Shown here one piece after another: positions 61,559-64,000 of a stretch of DNA of 64,000 bases. This DNA is from Amphiura filiformis (lineage: Eukaryota), in assembly GCF_039555335.1 (NCBI RefSeq), contig NC_092633.1, forward strand, positions 21,164,334 through 21,228,333, read 5' to 3'. The notes under the pieces were generated by a model. It made no database searches, had not been told where the DNA came from, and saw nothing but the letters and a program-made list of their open reading frames with translations. The position numbers and the translations under genes were made by a program. How positions within the stretch are numbered: position 1 is the first letter of the stretch; the number at the start of each line of letters is the position of its first letter.

Positions 61559-62097
61559 GGCTCATTTCTAGTATTCGCCATTCGATGATCTCACTTCTTC
61601 CTATAGTGCCGTACCTCAATGTATGAGTACTATCGGTTACAGGTCGATAGTCAAAGGATCATTAGTCCCAAAACCCAATAAATGTAGGCCCTATTATATC
61701 CTTTCCCTAACTCTTAACTAAATCCTATATGCCTAAGCTCTAATCCTAACCCTAACCTACCTATCTATCCTCTTCGGGCCCTGTGGCCCATTAGGCTGCA
61801 AATCTCCTCCTCCAGCTGTCCCTGTCTCTAGCTATTGGCTTGGCTTCGTTCCATGACCTACATCCTAACCCTAAACCTGACTATAATCCTAACTCTGACC
61901 CTAACCCAAGCTTATCCATATCCCTAATTCTAAACCCTAATACTAACCATAACCCTAACCTTCACTCTACCGTTAACCTTAACCTAACATAAAATCATAA
62001 AAATCGTTAACTTTAAACATTTTGGGACTAATAATCCGTCGAAGTAAATGGGCTGTTCCCGTATTATTGTAAGACGTTCCTGGAGCCTGCACTGAAA

Positions 62098-62722
62098 GCC
62101 AAACTGGAGTCTAGGTGACTCTAAAAGCAGAGTCCTGAGACTCTATGTCTAAAATGACTTCACATTGGGAGTCAAAGTTCTTGACTTCGCTGAAGAGCCA
62201 CTGTTGATGACTCAATACAGGAGTCATTTGACTCCCAATGTAAAGTCATTTTAGACATAGAGTCGCGCAGTGGCTGGACTCTGCTCCTAGAGTAACCCAG
62301 ACTCCATTAATAGAGTCACCCTGACTCTATTACAGGGTCACTCCGACAGTCCGAAAAAGGACAAAATAATGATACACATAGATGTACATCAAGATACAAA
62401 TTCAAAGTATAGACCTACCGGAATAGGAGACTTTACTGTTGAGTTTGACGCCATAGGCGTTTGTCAGACGACACGATGGAGAAAATTGGTCTTGACCAAT
62501 GACCACCATCCCCTTGGAATGGGAGAATATACATTCCATGGTGTCAAGAGCCAAACAATTACAGAGTCATAATGAGCCATAAATTTCTTGACTCCGTCGA
62601 CGACTCTGAATGTAGAGTCAATTGACCCCACAGGTAGAGTCAATTGACTCTCCTGTGATAATCAGGTGACTCCTTTGGAGAGTCAGTGCTAGTTTACTCC
62701 ACTTATAGAGTCACTTGACTCC
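62098..62722. mobile_element. TIR element of about 625 bp with an internal hairpin (62135-62270)
   Basis: TIR 'GCCAAACTGGAGTCTAGGTGACTCTAAAAG' is mirrored by 'CTTATAGAGTCACTTGACTCCATTCTGGC'. The internal palindrome reads 'gactctatgtctaaaatgacttcacattgggagtcaa...ttgactcccaatgtaaagtcattttagacatagagtc'. Confidence 0.55.
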
Positions 62723-64000
62723 ATTCTGGCTATCAGTGTGGGATTGATTGCATATATATCAGAACCGGGAATTATCCCCCTTCTCATTTTGGGAATAGCT
62801 CTGACACTTATAAGGTGCACAGGAATGACTCTTCTGTACACGGGAGCGGGACCAACAGCTTACGTGAATTCCGAACGACGAGATGCCTTGTATACACTAC
62901 CTTACATTGCTAAATACAGAATTGTATGGGGTGAGAAACAAACTAGTCTCAAAGTAACTGGACACGATCGTAGGATTCCCGAGCAGTACCTTATAGGAAC
63001 ATTTTGGAAGAGGAAAAGAATTCTCGCCTGATGCAAGCCTAGTGAGGAACACCTCACCGTCGCTCTTTTATCATTGGGTGTCTAATACGAGAGTAGTATT
63101 CTGTTAAAAGAAATGTCAGTATGATAACAGTCGATGTCTGTGCTGACGAAAAAAAGTTGGACGTGGGCAACTATGCAAGCCCAAGGCTCGAACTCCCGGT
63201 TCTTTTGACCGACAGCTCGGCCAACTCACCGTCTCTCCCAGAAAAAAATACCACTTGTTTCCTATCAAAACCATACTTGGCATGTATGTTACTTTGGATG
63301 AAAGTAGTAAACAGTGTACTTCGGTTATATTTATAAATGCGCTTTTATAAATAAGCACGTGACCACCTCCGCGCTTCCATAACAGCTTATAGACAGTAAG
63401 TCTCTAAGTTACCTTCTACATAGCGAGTGGTCTTCCAATACATTTGAATGCAAAGGCGGAACATCATGAGACTGCTGTGCAGCAAAACTGTCTATTTTGT
63501 TCAACTTTATGATTATATTGTAAACGTTTCCGTCATTGAATATTTTTTTCCGTCGTCAAATACTTTCAAAATGTTGTTTTTGATAACATGTTACAAATGC
63601 GGAATTGCAAAATGTGTAATAAATTTGCAATTCAATTAATACTTACATTTGATGATATTTATCTACAGAGTTCCTATCCCTTTCTGTATAGTGGTCAATG
63701 CATGAGGATTTGGTCACGCTCGCTGGTCTTGGTATGTCATGCCCATGGGCCTTAAAAAACACATATTAAGGGTAGACGAGGTATTGTTGGTCGTAGCAAC
63801 CGAAAAAACGATTTTCATTATCTAAATCAATATATTATTGAAAAATAACACTTTGATCTTTTGCAAAAGTTCATTTTACAACCCATATACTTTGAAAACT
63901 TGCTTAATTTATTGCTGCTAATGAGTTATCTACGTCTTACAAAAGTGTTGTTGTTTCAGCCCTTTTTAGAACATAACTCAAGAACCACATGACCTACAAA

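Noticed and set aside
62369-63031. ORFs 62369-62572 and 62738-63031 (+) as possible further exons of the kringle gene
   Set aside because: No kringle, serine-protease or kinase motifs. The first lies inside a TIR element (62098-62722).
1-64000. Prokaryotic-style operon or defence-system interpretation of the window
   Set aside because: The sequence shows spliced multi-exon genes with GT-AG introns, kringle modules, LINE/SINE/PLE elements and microsatellites. It is metazoan nuclear DNA. No operon, CRISPR or RM-like organisation is present.

Overview
This window is metazoan nuclear DNA (roughly 36% GC), not prokaryotic. It has spliced genes with GT-AG introns, microsatellites, tRNA-derived SINEs, LINE fragments, a Penelope-like element and many short TIR/hairpin elements, so no operon-type system applies. 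Two protein-coding loci can be supported from sequence. (1) A complete major vault protein (MVP) gene on the + strand, about 22.08-41.3 kb. It has 14 coding exons plus a probable non-coding first exon, encodes about 861 aa, and all splice junctions can be reconstructed by colinearity with vertebrate MVP. (2) At least two kringle-domain exons (55478-55756 and 58488-58736, +), both phase 1-1, belonging to an otherwise unresolved gene. The rest is transposon-dominated. Upstream of MVP, 12.9-21.7 kb is a nest of elements: a LINE RT fragment, a ~3 kb foldback-like element built from inverted 63-bp tandem arrays, and several TIR elements with C-rich subterminal repeats. MVP introns carry at least eight MITEs and two SINEs. 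The region 50.0-54.25 kb is a ~2.6 kb tandem segmental duplication carrying tRNA-Leu-like Pol III segments. A degenerate Penelope-like element (RT plus GIY-YIG, with inverted terminal repeats) sits about 70 bp downstream of the second kringle exon. I found no convincing novel molecular system. The points most worth a second look are an ETS plus twin-CCAAT module in MVP intron 7 that resembles the MVP promoter, and a Tyr/Asp/Gly-rich 54-bp-repeat candidate exon at 52.0-52.2 kb.
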